Assembly (NCBI GenBank): GCA_024704765.1
Contig: JAKMXF010000180.1
Coordinates: 1 to 8,031, forward strand
DNA: 8,031 bases
From: Oopsacas minuta
Lineage: Eukaryota; Animalia; Porifera
Direction: 5' to 3'
Below, piece by piece: positions 7,025 to 8,031 of the stretch. The first letter of the stretch is position 1. The number at the start of each line of letters is the position of its first letter. The notes beneath the pieces are model-generated. The model saw only the letters and a list, made by a program, of their open reading frames with translations, was not told where the DNA came from and did not search any database. The translations under genes were made by a program, and so were the position numbers.

Positions 7025-7355
7025 TTTAAGTGGATCGCCGAACATTCGTTTGGGTATCACTGCTGTACAAGAATAAAAATTTTGCACAATTGGAACTATT
7101 GAGTAATTTTTTGAATCCTAATTGAACTAAGTTAGAGCCTATATCATATGATAATATTACAACAATTGGTAAACCCTCAAATCTGATAGGTCAATACATT
7201 TTGACACCTATCTCAAAGGGATTTTGAGATATCGCTTAGATCTTATAACATGTTCCTAGATTTATCACATTCCACAAATTTCAAGTTTGTAGCTCTTACC
7301 AGTCCTCAATCAATTCCGGACAAAAAACAAAAACATAGACGAAATATATAATAGA
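7025..7355 (-). mobile_element. Non-autonomous Helitron-like element, about 330 bp
   Basis: Minus-strand 5' end A|TCTATTATATA at 7356/7355; subterminal hairpin ccgaac-attc-gtttgg at 7038-7053; the CTRR 3' end is decayed. Confidence 0.55.
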
Positions 7356-7365
7356 TTTCATCCAC

Positions 7366-7495
7366 CAGTTTTAGAGATTAGTGCAGGGGGCTAAGATTTG
7401 GCTTAATTCATCAAAGGAGGAGATTTACCCAGATGTATTTAAATTGGAACCAAAACCCGAGGAATTATGCCCCTAGTTAGTATAAACGAATACTG
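7366..7495. mobile_element. Older, decayed relative of the adjacent Tc1/mariner MITE
   Basis: Left end cagttttagagattagtgcagggggct and right end gcccctagttagtataaacgaatactg|ta resemble the ends of 7498-7735. Confidence 0.45.
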
Positions 7496-7497
7496 TA

Positions 7498-7735
7498 CAG
7501 TATTTCCTCGAATTAGCGGCGGGGCTTCAATAAGCTTAGGGAGCTAGGGAATCCATGACCTGCGAATAAAATTTATCAACACCTTCTAGAAGAATTTCTT
7601 TGATGAAAATTACGTCTCATTTGACTATACAACAAATAAGGATATTTTGTTACCCAAAATCATTTGTACTATCAAAAATTATAAAAAATACTCACGAAAA
7701 TAATCAGCCCCTGGTGCTTCTGCAGGGAAATACTG
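7498..7735. mobile_element. Tc1/mariner-type MITE, 238 bp
   Basis: Perfect 10-bp TIR cagtatttcc/ggaaatactg extending imperfectly to ggggct/agcccc, with TA at 7496-7497 and 7736-7737. Confidence 0.8.
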
Positions 7736-7780
7736 TACTTATATAATTTTCTGAAATATAGTCAGATTACCGAATTTCCC

Positions 7781-7834
7781 ATGTTTCCCCAGTCCTATAT
7801 ACTATTGAACTCGGATACCTACTCGGGGAAACAT
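7781..7834. repeat. 10-bp perfect inverted repeat with 34-nt spacer
   Basis: atgtttcccc (7781-7790) and ggggaaacat (7825-7834). Confidence 0.6.
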
Positions 7835-8031
7835 TTATTATTTCGTATTGACGAAAGTAATTCTTACCCGAATCTTGCTCCTATACAATTAATGAAATAA
7901 TTGCTGATCCATTTTGGAGAAAGTTGGGAATCACTGGAAGATTACATTTCACAAATATAATATGGACAATAAAATTAGAGATTAATTCATCTCATACATT
8001 GTTTCAAAAGTTGCAGATAACCAGAATAAGA

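Overview
AT-rich eukaryotic DNA (spliceosomal signals and many transposon remnants; probably an invertebrate animal, but the organism cannot be fixed from the window). The one well-supported gene is on the minus strand: an RBR (RING1-IBR-RING2) E3 ubiquitin ligase exon (2917-2088). About 1 kb upstream on the same strand is a ubiquitin-like (Ubl) exon (4083-3883) that the ORF track missed. A branch point and acceptor 5 nt before the RBR ATG, plus two phase-1 GT donors inside the Ubl Gly-Gly codons, join the two in frame into a Parkin-like Ubl-RBR protein. Skipping that splice would instead give a free Ubl ending RLPGG-NKYY*. The Ubl N-terminal exon is not securely found. Several exon-like plus-strand segments may belong to an unidentified host or antisense gene. 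The rest is a mosaic of non-autonomous transposon remnants: TA-flanked Tc1/mariner(pogo)-type MITEs, Helitron-like ends, hAT-like ends and diverged 130-210 bp repeats. All gene models are inferred by eye, without transcript or homology data.
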